Below are positions 33,251 to 42,783 of a DNA stretch of 64,000 bases, piece by piece. The DNA comes from Geopsychrobacteraceae bacterium (lineage in GTDB: Bacteria; Desulfobacterota; Desulfuromonadia; Desulfuromonadales; Geopsychrobacteraceae). Each line of letters begins with the position of its first letter. The first letter of the stretch is position 1. A program made the translations under genes and the position numbers. The notes under the pieces were generated by a model. It made no database searches, had not been told where the DNA came from, and saw only the letters and a program-made list of their open reading frames with translations. Where the stretch lies: the NCBI GenBank assembly GCA_963676795.2, contig CAXXTB010000001.1, positions 768,001 to 832,000 on the forward strand. The letters run 5' to 3'.

Positions 33251-34249
33251 TTAAACCGGCAGACCAAGTTTGGTGACGGCGTTTTCGTAATAGAGTTTTT
33301 CTCTCTCTTTGACAGTAAGCGAAACATCTTCCGAAAGAAATTTCATCATATCCTCGAGGTTTTCGTATGGATAATCACTGCCGAACATAATGTTATCAAT
33401 GCCCAGAACGTTTTTGGCGCAGTTGAAGGCTTCCTTGCACATGTTGCCACTGGTGGTCACCATGATATTGTGCTGGAAGTAGTATTCGATCGATTTCTTG
33501 CACTTGATGTTCGGATTGGGAATAAACTTCAGGCGGTTGTTCATGCGCTCCAGCATGAACGGAATCCCCTCGCCGAGGTGGCCGAGAACAACCTTGAGCT
33601 TCGGCAGCTCGTCAAACAGGCCGGAAACGATCATGCGGGTGATCGTAGTCACCGTGTCCATGGTAAACCCGAGTCCCGGTCCCGCCATGGTGAAACCAAA
33701 GCCTTCCATCCGTTCGTTGTTCGGCAGCTGGGGGTGCAGATAGACATAGACACCGAGCTCAACGGCCTTTTCGAAGATTGGCTTGTATTTCGCGTCGTCC
33801 GGGGACGTTTCGCCATAGTTGGAATGGGTATGCCAGGAGACGAATCCGTGCTCCTTGACACAGCGCTCCAGTTCCTGGCAGGCCGCGTCAACATTCTTGA
33901 CCGGCAGGACAGCGCTGCCGAGAAAGTGCAGAGGAAATTTTTTGGTGACTGCGGCCAGAGCATCATTGGTTTTTCGACAGACCTCGATGCTCGATTCAAT
34001 ATCCAGCTGCTCCAGGCCCGGGGAACTGCTCAACACGGCCATGTCAACCCCCTGGGTTTTCATCAGCGCAATGCGGCTTTCTGCAACGTCGAGCAGTTTT
34101 TCCAGCAGGTGTCCCTGTTTCATCGAGATGCTGTCCGACCAGATGATCATGTCGGAGGTTTTGTCGTAGTAGGGCGGTTCGGTTCTTTTGGAATACATTT
34201 CAATCAGGCTGCTGTCGTAAAAATGGTTCTCTAAATCTATGACTTTCAT
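33251..34249 (-). CDS. Amidohydrolase-2 family protein, non-oxidative aromatic-acid decarboxylase-like
   Basis: N-terminal ExH (LENHF), YLHP, GLFD..P.L..VLGHLGE, TTSG, FGSDYPYE, as in LigW and gamma-resorcylate/2,3-DHB decarboxylases. Confidence 0.8.
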   Translation of the reverse strand: MKVIDLENHFYDSSLIEMYSKRTEPPYYDKTSDMIIWSDSISMKQGHLLEKLLDVAESRIALMKTQGVDMAVLSSSPGLEQLDIESSIEVCRKTNDALAAVTKKFPLHFLGSAVLPVKNVDAACQELERCVKEHGFVSWHTHSNYGETSPDDAKYKPIFEKAVELGVYVYLHPQLPNNERMEGFGFTMAGPGLGFTMDTVTTITRMIVSGLFDELPKLKVVLGHLGEGIPFMLERMNNRLKFIPNPNIKCKKSIEYYFQHNIMVTTSGNMCKEAFNCAKNVLGIDNIMFGSDYPYENLEDMMKFLSEDVSLTVKEREKLYYENAVTKLGLPV

Positions 34250-34282
34250 ATATGACCTCTTATCGTTATGCGTTGTTGTCCG

Positions 34283-35557
34283 TTACAGAAGCAGTTTTGG
34301 TAAAAACAGCGAGATGCTGGGGATATAGGTAATCAGCAGCAGCGCAAATATGTAGAGCAGGATAAATGGAACAACTGCCCTTGAGATTTCACCCATCCCC
34401 GCCTTGAGAACGCTCTGGGCAACGAAGATGTTGAGACCGAACGGCGGAGTGAACATGCCGATCGACAGGTTGATGGTAAAGATGATGCCGAGGTGCATCG
34501 GATCGATACCCAGAGCCAGGGCTGGCGGCAGCAGCATCGGGGCCAGAATCAGGATGGCCGCACCGCTATCGAAGAAGCAACCGACGATCAGCAGCAACAG
34601 ATTGAGGATCAGCAGGAACTGGAAGGTCGAGAGTCCACTGAATGCTTCGGTAAGAAAAGCCGGGAACTGGGCAATGGTAGCCGCCTGGGCGAAGACGGTA
34701 CTGACGCCGATCAGCAGGAAAATCTGGGCCGTGATGACAGCAGAATCCTTGAAGATGTCAACCAGTTGCTTGGCTTTCACCTCTTTGAGAATGAACACGG
34801 AAGCGATGAAAGCATAGAGTGCAGCGATGGCGCCGGATTCAGTTGGGGTTGCCAGACCGGTGTAGATTCCACCCAGGACGATGACCGGAAGGAAAATGAC
34901 AATGATTGCTTTTTTCAACGCTTGGCTAATGTCTTTAAAGGTTGTCTTCTCGCCGGCAAAAGAGCCTTTTTTGCAGACGACGACCAGGTAGATGCCGATG
35001 ATGACAACCAGCAGCAGGCCCGGGAAAAATCCGCACATGAACAGCTCGGTAATCGACTGTTCTGTCGCGATCCCGTAGATGATCATGGTGATACTTGGCG
35101 GCACAACGGTGCTCAGGGCGCCGGAAGAGGTGATCAGGCCGAGCGAAAGTTTTCTTCCGTTGGACTCCGAGAGTGGCTCATGAACAACCTTGCCGAAGGT
35201 TGCTGTCGCAGCCGGTGCCGAACCGGAAATCGCGCCAAAGATGGCATTCGAAACCAGGCAGGAGATCGGGATTCCGCCACGGACGTTTTTCAGGGCAACA
35301 ATAAATATGTTGATCAACCTGATGCCAAGCGAGCTGTGAGCGATGATCGTGCCCGCAACAACAAAGAACGGAACGGCCAGCAGGCTGTTTTTCGTCAAAG
35401 ATTCAAACAGGCCGGTAAAGACGATGTTCAAAGACATCTCGTTGATAAAGACCTGCAGGTAAACGGTTGCACCAAGCAGTGCGACCCAGATCGGTGCGTT
35501 GATCAGGACCAGGAACAGCAGGATCGCGACCATGGGCAGGACAGTACTAATCAGCAT
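34283..35557 (-). CDS. dctM: TRAP transporter large permease
   Basis: LLAVPFF, FGAISGS, VPPSI, TPTE, GIDPMHLG, TPPFG. Confidence 0.93.
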   Translation of the reverse strand: MLISTVLPMVAILLFLVLINAPIWVALLGATVYLQVFINEMSLNIVFTGLFESLTKNSLLAVPFFVVAGTIIAHSSLGIRLINIFIVALKNVRGGIPISCLVSNAIFGAISGSAPAATATFGKVVHEPLSESNGRKLSLGLITSSGALSTVVPPSITMIIYGIATEQSITELFMCGFFPGLLLVVIIGIYLVVVCKKGSFAGEKTTFKDISQALKKAIIVIFLPVIVLGGIYTGLATPTESGAIAALYAFIASVFILKEVKAKQLVDIFKDSAVITAQIFLLIGVSTVFAQAATIAQFPAFLTEAFSGLSTFQFLLILNLLLLIVGCFFDSGAAILILAPMLLPPALALGIDPMHLGIIFTINLSIGMFTPPFGLNIFVAQSVLKAGMGEISRAVVPFILLYIFALLLITYIPSISLFLPKLLL

Positions 35558-36050
35558 TTTTAAACTCTCCTTTTTTACAGATAACGATGACCCAGCTGAG
35601 GATTGCGATCACAAAGAATAGCGTGACGGTTCCATAGAGCAGAAAGCGCGGCATCTGTAAGACAAAGGTCACGGTCTCGCGCATGTGGGCTTTCTGGGTA
35701 ATGTCGATCCCCAGTTTGACCAGCATCCCGAGAAAGCCGAGAGTTATCAGGCCCCGGAAGATGGCGATCCCCTTTAAAACCGTGGGGTTGTGGACGAAAC
35801 TGTTGAGTACGCCGATGCTCAACTGGCGATTGGTGTACTCGAGGTTCGGCAGAGCGATAAAAACCAGCATGACGACAAAGTAGGAACTGAGCTCTTCCGA
35901 CCAGGGGAACCCGGCCCCTATGGAAAATCTGAGAATAGCGTTGACAGCGGCCAGGAAGGTGCTTAAGAAAATGAAGATGGCCGCCAGGTACAGGGAATAT
36001 TTGTTTATTTTATCTATAGCTGTTTCGAATACTTTAAATATTGCTTTCAT
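35547..36050 (-). CDS. dctQ: TRAP transporter small permease
   Basis: Four TM segments, LRF..WSEELS; lies between dctP and dctM. Confidence 0.88.
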   Translation of the reverse strand: MKAIFKVFETAIDKINKYSLYLAAIFIFLSTFLAAVNAILRFSIGAGFPWSEELSSYFVVMLVFIALPNLEYTNRQLSIGVLNSFVHNPTVLKGIAIFRGLITLGFLGMLVKLGIDITQKAHMRETVTFVLQMPRFLLYGTVTLFFVIAILSWVIVICKKGEFKNAD

Positions 36051-36178
36051 AGGGTTTGTCCTTTTAACCTCTCCCATTGACCTGTTGGGATATCAATGGT
36101 GCCAAGAAATGCGCAATATCAACTAGTTGTGCTAACGGTCAGGGAGTCATCCGTAACTTCAATTAAGTGAGCGGATGA

Positions 36179-36213
36179 GGCAGGCTCTTCGAAAGACTCC
36201 TCAAGAGCCTGCC
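36179..36213 (-). other. Stem-loop between dctP and dctQ (mRNA stabiliser or partial terminator)
   Basis: GGCAGGCTCTT...AAGAGCCTGCC inverted repeat. Confidence 0.5.
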
Positions 36214-36244
36214 CTGGTACCGTAATGGGCTTCGTGTAACCTGC

Positions 36245-37249
36245 TTACTTGCCCACCATCTTTACGACTTCGTCATAGATCTTCTTGTTGTCCTTGCTTG
36301 CACTTCTGAACTGCTCGTGGAGAGGGCCAGCAGCTTTTTTCATGTCGGCGAGCAGTTCCGGGCTTGGTTCGACGACCTCAAGCCCTTCGGATTTCATCAA
36401 GCCGAGCAGCTTGCCGTTGAGATTCTCAACGTACTGGTACTCGAAATCGCGAATGACGTCCTGGACGGTGGAGGTCACCAGGTTGGCGATGTCTTTGGGC
36501 AGTTCGTCCATCCAGTCGGCGCTGAAGATGAAGGCGTTGGTCATGGCACTGGCAGGCACCAGGTTGAGGTATTTGGCACTGGTGTGAAGCTTGAAGACAC
36601 CCATGAAGATGGTATCGGTCTCGACGCCGTCAACGGTTCCGTTCTGCAGGGCGACGGCGATATCGCCTGGATCGAGAGTGGTTGGAGAGGCGCCGTAGGC
36701 TTTCAGTTCATCCTGCAGGGTCGGGCTTGGCAGGCACCAGATTTTTTTGCCTTTCAGGTCATCGAGGGTTTTGATCGGTTCGGTGGCCAGGATATAGCGG
36801 TCGACATTTCTCAGCCAGCCGGCGGCGTAGAAGCCTTTTTTGTAGAGGTATTTGTTCAGCGAGAAGTCCTTGTTGTTCAGGACCTCATACAGGTTGTCAG
36901 AATCCTTGAACAAAAATGGCAGGTCAGCAACGGCAGCAGCCGGTGCAAAAGAGGCGAAATAAGAGCTGGGGATAAGAACGGCCTGGATGACGCCATCCTG
37001 GACCCCTTGAATCATCTGTACAGACGTGCCGAGCTGGCTGCTCGGATAGAGTTCGACTTCGATTTTACCATTGGAAGCTGCCTCGATCCTTTTCTCGAAT
37101 TCTTCCATGGTTGCATTTTGCTGATGTTTTCCGGCGGTTGGAGTGCCGATACGGATTTTGTACGTCTTGTCCGCACTGAATGCATCTGTGACAAACAGGC
37201 TTGCCAACATAAGACAGACAGCGCCCAGAACTACCCATTGCTTCCTCAT
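36245..37249 (-). CDS. dctP: TRAP transporter substrate-binding protein
   Basis: Signal peptide, VELYPSSQLG, DLPFLF, DDLKGKKI, ALQNGTVDG. Confidence 0.93.
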   Translation of the reverse strand: MRKQWVVLGAVCLMLASLFVTDAFSADKTYKIRIGTPTAGKHQQNATMEEFEKRIEAASNGKIEVELYPSSQLGTSVQMIQGVQDGVIQAVLIPSSYFASFAPAAAVADLPFLFKDSDNLYEVLNNKDFSLNKYLYKKGFYAAGWLRNVDRYILATEPIKTLDDLKGKKIWCLPSPTLQDELKAYGASPTTLDPGDIAVALQNGTVDGVETDTIFMGVFKLHTSAKYLNLVPASAMTNAFIFSADWMDELPKDIANLVTSTVQDVIRDFEYQYVENLNGKLLGLMKSEGLEVVEPSPELLADMKKAAGPLHEQFRSASKDNKKIYDEVVKMVGK

Positions 37250-37283
37250 CGTTTCATACCCTTTCTAATGTGAATAAATAATT

Positions 37284-37297
37284 ACCGACTGGTCGGT
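37284..37297. promoter_or_regulatory. Candidate TetR operator ACCGACTGGTCGGT upstream of dctP
   Basis: Palindromic arms ACCGA/TCGGT; a second site ACCGACCGGTCGTT lies at 37426-37439. Confidence 0.65.
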
Positions 37298-37678
37298 GTG
37301 GCGTTATTATCGTTATGATAAATCAATTTTACAGTCAAGAATTTTTTCATTCAAAAGTCTCTGAAAAACCCTTTATTCGTGTTTAAACACTTGCAATCAT
37401 TGAGTAAAAAAAATAATAATAAATAACCGACCGGTCGTTCGCGATTTATAATCGGGTGGGAGGAGTGGATATATATCGTCAACTTGGTTGCGATAATTGT
37501 AATCATTTGACCTACCCAGGCATGTTGATCACATGTCAGGGCGAGCTCCATATTTCGATACAGACGGGGGGGCAGAAAGTCATGGCATGGCGCCTCGTTC
37601 TGTTAGCGGCATGAATAGTGATAAATTCGGCAGAATGGCGGGACAATTAAAAACGGCTGTGTTTCCGGCTCGGATCTG

Positions 37679-37709
37679 TGCTATAATTTTTATCGACTGA
37701 TTGGTCGGT
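37679..37709 (+). promoter_or_regulatory. Extended -10 promoter (TGcTATAAT) with downstream operator ACTGATTGGTCGGT for tetR copy B
   Basis: TG-C-TATAAT at 37679-37687; operator at 37696-37709 near the expected start site. Confidence 0.6.
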
Positions 37710-37788
37710 AGATGTTTTGTCTGCAGTTTGTCCAGCCCGAAACCACCGGTTCAGGCCGCGGGCCAAAGCGAAAAGGGTGGCAGGATTT

Positions 37789-38580
37789 ATGGAAAGAGCC
37801 TCTGGAAAAAAGCGGATATGCGAAGCGGCAAAAGTCGTCTTTCTGGAAAAGGGATATGCCGGTGCGAAGATGACCGAAATTGCAGAGGTTGCGAATGTCT
37901 CACCGGCCACCATCTACAAATACTACGAAGGGAAAAAGGCTCTTTTCGAGGATCTGGATATTCCTGAAGCTCTGGATATCAACCCTCATCATGAGCAAAA
38001 GCGTTCGGATATCATTCAGGTTGCCCTGATTCTTTTTGGTGAGCATGGTTTTGACGGCACCTCGATGGAAATGATTGCCCAGCAGGCCGGATACTCCAAG
38101 GCGGCCCTCTATCAGTATTTCAAGAACAAGAACGAACTCTTTTCCGCTGCAATGAAGGAGACCCCCTTTCATTTCGATGTCAAGAAACTGGACAGGGAGT
38201 CGAGCGGGCTCGACCTTGAAGCGACAATCAAAAAGATCGGTCTGGCTTACGTCAAGATGTTTAACCACCCTGAGCGTATCGCATTTGTCAGAAGCTTTAT
38301 CCGTGATTCTCACAAAAATCCGGCGATCAATGATATCTACCATAAGGAAGGGGTCGGTTATGTTGCCAGGTATATCGTCCGTTGCCTGGAGAAGCATCAG
38401 GCTCAATTGAAAAACTACAATATGCAGCTGGCCGCCAAAACCTATGTTTCGTCCCTGTTTGCCTTCGTTCTCCAGTACAAGCTGGTTGTGGGGATCGAAC
38501 GGAAATTTACAGATGAAGAGATCGTTGATATGACGACGAAAATTTTTCTGGAAGGGGTTTTGGATAAAACAGCTGAATGA
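37789..38580 (+). CDS. TetR-family regulator with two tandem HTH domains (copy B)
   Basis: About 80% identical by eye to 32123-32929; ATG 37789 follows AGGA. Confidence 0.92.
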   Translation: MERASGKKRICEAAKVVFLEKGYAGAKMTEIAEVANVSPATIYKYYEGKKALFEDLDIPEALDINPHHEQKRSDIIQVALILFGEHGFDGTSMEMIAQQAGYSKAALYQYFKNKNELFSAAMKETPFHFDVKKLDRESSGLDLEATIKKIGLAYVKMFNHPERIAFVRSFIRDSHKNPAINDIYHKEGVGYVARYIVRCLEKHQAQLKNYNMQLAAKTYVSSLFAFVLQYKLVVGIERKFTDEEIVDMTTKIFLEGVLDKTAE

Positions 38581-38671
38581 TCCTGAAATGCGTATCTTCT
38601 ATCAGGCGGCAGGATAACCGGACAAACAACGGCCAGATCGATTTGGTCCGGCCGTTGTTTTGACTCGATTG

Positions 38672-39538
38672 TTAATGCTTGCCTTTTGCGCATACGTTAT
38701 TCAGGCAGGACTGCATCAATCCTTTGGCCGGGACGCTTCCGGTCCAGAGCTCAAAGTCTTTTTCTCCCTGGGTCTTGATTAGCTCCAGGCCTCCGATCGC
38801 AGGATGGTGATGGGCCTTGGCTGCCGCGACAAAGAGGGTGTCTGTCGCGCTGCAGGTAACGTCCAGGACGGCTGCCTGCGGATTCAGGTCCCGCCACGGG
38901 AAATTGTCGACGTAATCCGCCGTCAGATCCGCAGAGAGCATGTTGATCAGCAGGTTCGCCTCGCTCAGGGTGGCGCTCATTTCCATGTGATTCAGTGGCA
39001 GTTGTTCGAAATAGGTCTGCGGGAAGATTTTGGAAAAATACACCGTCAGCGTCTGGGCCTGCTCGCTACAATGATCGGCAATGGCGATGTGTCTTGCTCC
39101 TGCCTTGCAGAGGGCGACGATCGCGGCCCGGCAGGTACTGTTTGCGCCAAGCAGGATGATGGATTTATCCTGGGGATCAAAACCGAGGTCCTGTTTGATG
39201 GTTGCGCCGATACCATGAACATCGGTGTTGTAACCGCACAACTTGCCGTCTCGATTGACAATGGTGTTGACTGCGCCAACCAGGCGGGCGGTTTCCTCCA
39301 GTTCATCCAGATGAGGAACAACCTTTTCCTTGAAGGGTATGGCGCAGTTGGCTCCCAGAAAATCGAGTACCCGCATGACGGCAAGCGCTTCGCCAACTTT
39401 TTCAACAGGGGTATGATCCGTTGCGTAAACGGCGTTGATGCCGCTTTCTTTCAAAGCGGCATTCTGCATCAGTGCTGCGAGGGGATGAGCGCTCGGTTCG
39501 CCCATGGCTTGCAAAACTCTTGTTCCTGATTTAATCAC
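38672..39538 (-). CDS. Divergent shikimate/quinate dehydrogenase-family protein
   Basis: GAN..IPFK, GAVNT, GYNTD, GLE...QG retained; several substrate and cofactor motifs altered. Confidence 0.8.
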   Translation of the reverse strand: MIKSGTRVLQAMGEPSAHPLAALMQNAALKESGINAVYATDHTPVEKVGEALAVMRVLDFLGANCAIPFKEKVVPHLDELEETARLVGAVNTIVNRDGKLCGYNTDVHGIGATIKQDLGFDPQDKSIILLGANSTCRAAIVALCKAGARHIAIADHCSEQAQTLTVYFSKIFPQTYFEQLPLNHMEMSATLSEANLLINMLSADLTADYVDNFPWRDLNPQAAVLDVTCSATDTLFVAAAKAHHHPAIGGLELIKTQGEKDFELWTGSVPAKGLMQSCLNNVCAKGKH

Positions 39539-40456
39539 GAAAATCTCCCTTCATTATTTTATTAGAAGCTGCTGAATCGTTTGAAACAGTGCACCTGAAA
39601 ATGGCGGATTCAGGTCAGCCTATTGTTCAGATGCAATAGTGCTTCAGACTACAGGCCGATAAACAGGCCTCGATTGGTAAGCGCTTTCAGTTCCCCAACG
39701 ACATCAGTCTGAAACCTGTTCAGCAGGTCCCTGTTGCCAAGCAAGCCGGAGCAGAACTCCGAGCTGGCGGCAGAAGTTGAACTCTCACATTGATTCCCTT
39801 TATTCATTCTTTTTTGTGGCATTTTTAACCTTTTCCCTATGTGGAACAATTTGCTGAAAAACGGCAGAATTTCCACCCTTCATCTATCAATTCAGGTGGA
39901 GTCTCCTTGGACCTGACGTCAGAGATTCATATTATAACGACTGACCATTCCTAGTCAGTTGGGCTGAAGAAACCAATCTTTAGCTGGCTTTCTCATGAAG
40001 GACAGGTCGATAGCTCAGCGATTTCTTAACCAGCTGATAAATGACAAGAAATTCAAACGCAAAGGCCGACAAAATCAGGAAAGGAGGAGTGTGCGGAAAT
40101 TTTCTGTACCCTGTGCTTTTTCATGTCGTAAAATCACGTTTCATGTGATTAAATATCTAACTACCATTCATTCACTATTTTTTCAACGGAAAATCGCGGT
40201 TATCACAAATATCTCAGGCGTGGATGGGGCCATGGACGAATAAGAGCGCAATGAACGGCCTGCTGAGCGATATTGATTCGGGCCGAAGTCTCGATATGGC
40301 ATCGGCCCTGTGCGCAAAAGTCAGGTTGATTTGACAACTGCAGGGGGATGCCGAGTTTTTGATGATATTATGAAGTTATTAGTAACGGGAGGTCTGGGCG
40401 GATCTGGGGAGAGACAGCCCAGGCTTGAATTGCATTTATTATGTATGGGGAGCTTA

Positions 40457-41671
40457 ATGAGGAGTTCAATGCAGAGTCCATGGTGGATAGTCGTCGGTTC
40501 TATTCTCGGACTGATGGTTGGTAATGGTCCGGTGATGCAGTTTACCTTTGGGGTGTTCTTGAAACCGATATCCCAGGATCTTGGCTGGGACAGGGGGACG
40601 ATCTCTCTGGCGTTGAATGCTGGTCTGATCGTCACCGGTGTCTTCACTCCTTTTGTCGGGCGCTTGATGGATCGTTATGGGATAAAGCTCATAGCTCTTC
40701 CCGCTATTATCTGTTTTTCCGGAGCCATCGCTGCTGCGGGCTTAACCAGAAGTTCGGCAACCTATTTCATCCTGATCTACGCAGTTATGGGCCTGTTTGC
40801 GGCAGGGCAGACCCCCTTACCGTATTCAAAGGCGATTTCTTCCTGGTTTGATCGTCAGCGCGGTCTGGCGCTTGGAGTCGCGATTTCCGGTGTCGGTCTG
40901 GGGGCTGCAGTCGTACCGAAGATAACCGGAGCGTTGATTTCTCACGTGGGCTGGAGAGGAGCTTATTTCGGCCTTGGCTTATTAACTCTGGTCATCGCTC
41001 TACCCTCTGTTGCCTTTCTGATCAGGGAGAGGCGGGTGCCCTGTTCGCAACAGCAAGGTCCACGGCCTGCCGCAGTCAAGGGTCTGAGTGGTGGTGAGGC
41101 ACTGAAAGACAGGAACTTCTGGACATTGGCCGTGGCTTTCGTCTGTGTGGCGTTGGCGGCCAACGGGGCGATTGCCCACGTCGTGCCGATGCTGACGGAT
41201 CGTGGTCTGCCACCGGCGATTGCCACGACCGCTCTGGCTACAGCAGGAGTGGCTCTGATCGCTGGCCGCCTGCTTTCCGGCTATTTACTCGATAAATTCT
41301 TCGCACCCTATATTGCGGCGATATTTTTTCTCGCGCCACTGCTCGGAATCCTGATACTGCTCAAGGCCAGCACGTCATTTACTGGCGCCCTGGGAACGGT
41401 TCTGCTCGGTGTCGGCCTCGGGGCTGAGGTGGATCTGATCGCTTTTCTGCTGACGCGCTATCTGGGGAACAGGTCCTTCGGTGAGATATACGGCTACCTG
41501 TTCGCACTCTTTATGCTCGGCTCCGGGCTTGGGCCCATGGTGATGGGGGTCTGTTTCGATATTTTTGGCAGTTACAGCCTGGCGTTGAGCTGTTTTGCCG
41601 TGGCCCTGCTGGTAGCGATAGTGCTGATGTGTCGGTTGGGGACCTACTCATTTCCGGTTGAGGTGGATTGA
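40457..41671 (+). CDS. MFS transporter (oxalate/formate antiporter-like)
   Basis: About 12 TM segments, GRLMDRYG motif A, WFDRQRGLALG, GYLLDK. Confidence 0.9.
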   Translation: MRSSMQSPWWIVVGSILGLMVGNGPVMQFTFGVFLKPISQDLGWDRGTISLALNAGLIVTGVFTPFVGRLMDRYGIKLIALPAIICFSGAIAAAGLTRSSATYFILIYAVMGLFAAGQTPLPYSKAISSWFDRQRGLALGVAISGVGLGAAVVPKITGALISHVGWRGAYFGLGLLTLVIALPSVAFLIRERRVPCSQQQGPRPAAVKGLSGGEALKDRNFWTLAVAFVCVALAANGAIAHVVPMLTDRGLPPAIATTALATAGVALIAGRLLSGYLLDKFFAPYIAAIFFLAPLLGILILLKASTSFTGALGTVLLGVGLGAEVDLIAFLLTRYLGNRSFGEIYGYLFALFMLGSGLGPMVMGVCFDIFGSYSLALSCFAVALLVAIVLMCRLGTYSFPVEVD

Positions 41672-41785
41672 GGCCGATCAGAGGGCGCTCCGGTAAAGTT
41701 TGATGCTCAGTTCAAGTAAGAAGTTGACCTGACAGCCGCCAAGCGAGTAGGGTTGCCGGAAATTTTTTCAGATGAGGCGGGATAG

Positions 41786-42280
41786 ATGACAGAAGAACTG
41801 CAGCCGTTAAGCAAGACCAAGCTGAAGCAGCTGGCCAAAGAGATTGAAAAACTGGGGCAGCGTCTGACCGAGATGGGAGACAACCAGTTTGCCCAGCTGG
41901 AGATGCCTGATGATGTGCGCGAAGAAGTCGTACTGGCCCGGGAGACCGTCGGCCGTGGTTCACACAAGCGACAGATCAAGCACCTGGCGGGTGTATTGCG
42001 CAAGCAGGACGAGGTTGTCGAGCAGATTCAGCGTCAGCTCGATGCGCTCGATCAGGTGACCGGCGGTGAGAAACGACAGTTTCACAAACTGGAGGACCTG
42101 CGCGACCGTCTCTGCGATGCGGCGACCTTCCAGCAGGCCTTTGACGAGATGATCGAACTGGTGCCGCAGATCGACCGGAACGGCATCGCCCGCCTGGCGC
42201 GTTCTGTACAACAGCATGCGGACAAGCGCGCGGCACGGGAGATCTTCAGGCGTTTAAGGGATGAAATGGAGAAAGGGTAG
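41786..42280 (+). CDS. yjgA: Ribosome biogenesis factor YjgA/DarP (DUF615)
   Basis: SKTKLK, LG..L, RQIKHLAG.LR, FH.LE.LRDRL, REIFR.L. Confidence 0.88.
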   Translation: MTEELQPLSKTKLKQLAKEIEKLGQRLTEMGDNQFAQLEMPDDVREEVVLARETVGRGSHKRQIKHLAGVLRKQDEVVEQIQRQLDALDQVTGGEKRQFHKLEDLRDRLCDAATFQQAFDEMIELVPQIDRNGIARLARSVQQHADKRAAREIFRRLRDEMEKG

Positions 42281-42281
42281 G

Positions 42282-42626
42282 TCAGCCGATCAGGTCGAGA
42301 GTGGTTTTGTCCATCTCGTCGGCGGTCTGTAACGCCTTGATATTGGCCCTGTAGCTGTTCTTTGTCACCGTCATGTCGGTCATCTCCTTGGCCAGGTCGA
42401 CATTGGACAGCTCTTTCATTGTCCCATCTTCCTGCATGACCATGGTTCCCGGGGTGTTAACCTGCTGGACCTTGGCGCTGACCCCGCCATTCTGATTCTC
42501 TTCCAGAACCGTTCTCGATTTTTTAAACTCTTCGGATTCTGTGTTGGCGACATTGTTCGCGCTGACCGACTGTCTGGTGCTCAGCGACCAGAGCGCTGAA
42601 AGGCTGGCATCAACTGATAGTGACAT
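42282..42626 (-). CDS. Stand-alone flagellar basal-body rod-like protein (FlgB/FlgC-like)
   Basis: SANNVAN N-terminal and SNVDLAKEM..Y.AN.K C-terminal rod motifs; GGAGG RBS. Confidence 0.8.
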   Translation of the reverse strand: MSLSVDASLSALWSLSTRQSVSANNVANTESEEFKKSRTVLEENQNGGVSAKVQQVNTPGTMVMQEDGTMKELSNVDLAKEMTDMTVTKNSYRANIKALQTADEMDKTTLDLIG

Positions 42627-42647
42627 AATATCCTCCACTTTCAGGTG

Positions 42648-42677
42648 ATTTTAGCGCAGGACATAAAATTAAGTCAA
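42648..42677 (-). promoter_or_regulatory. Sigma70-type promoter for the rod-like gene
   Basis: Minus strand TTGACT-18 bp-TAAAAT. Confidence 0.5.
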
Positions 42678-42783
42678 CGTTAATGTTTTTTTGCTAATAC
42701 TTCTGTCCTAATTGTTTGTTTTTTGTAAAAAATCCCGTGTACAGATGACCGGCGTTTTAGAATTTCTCTTCTTCTGGAGAGGT

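Noticed and set aside
32123..38580. Invertible segment or composite transposon bounded by the inverted tetR copies
   Set aside because: The copies are diverged, and no recombinase, transposase or target-site duplication is evident.
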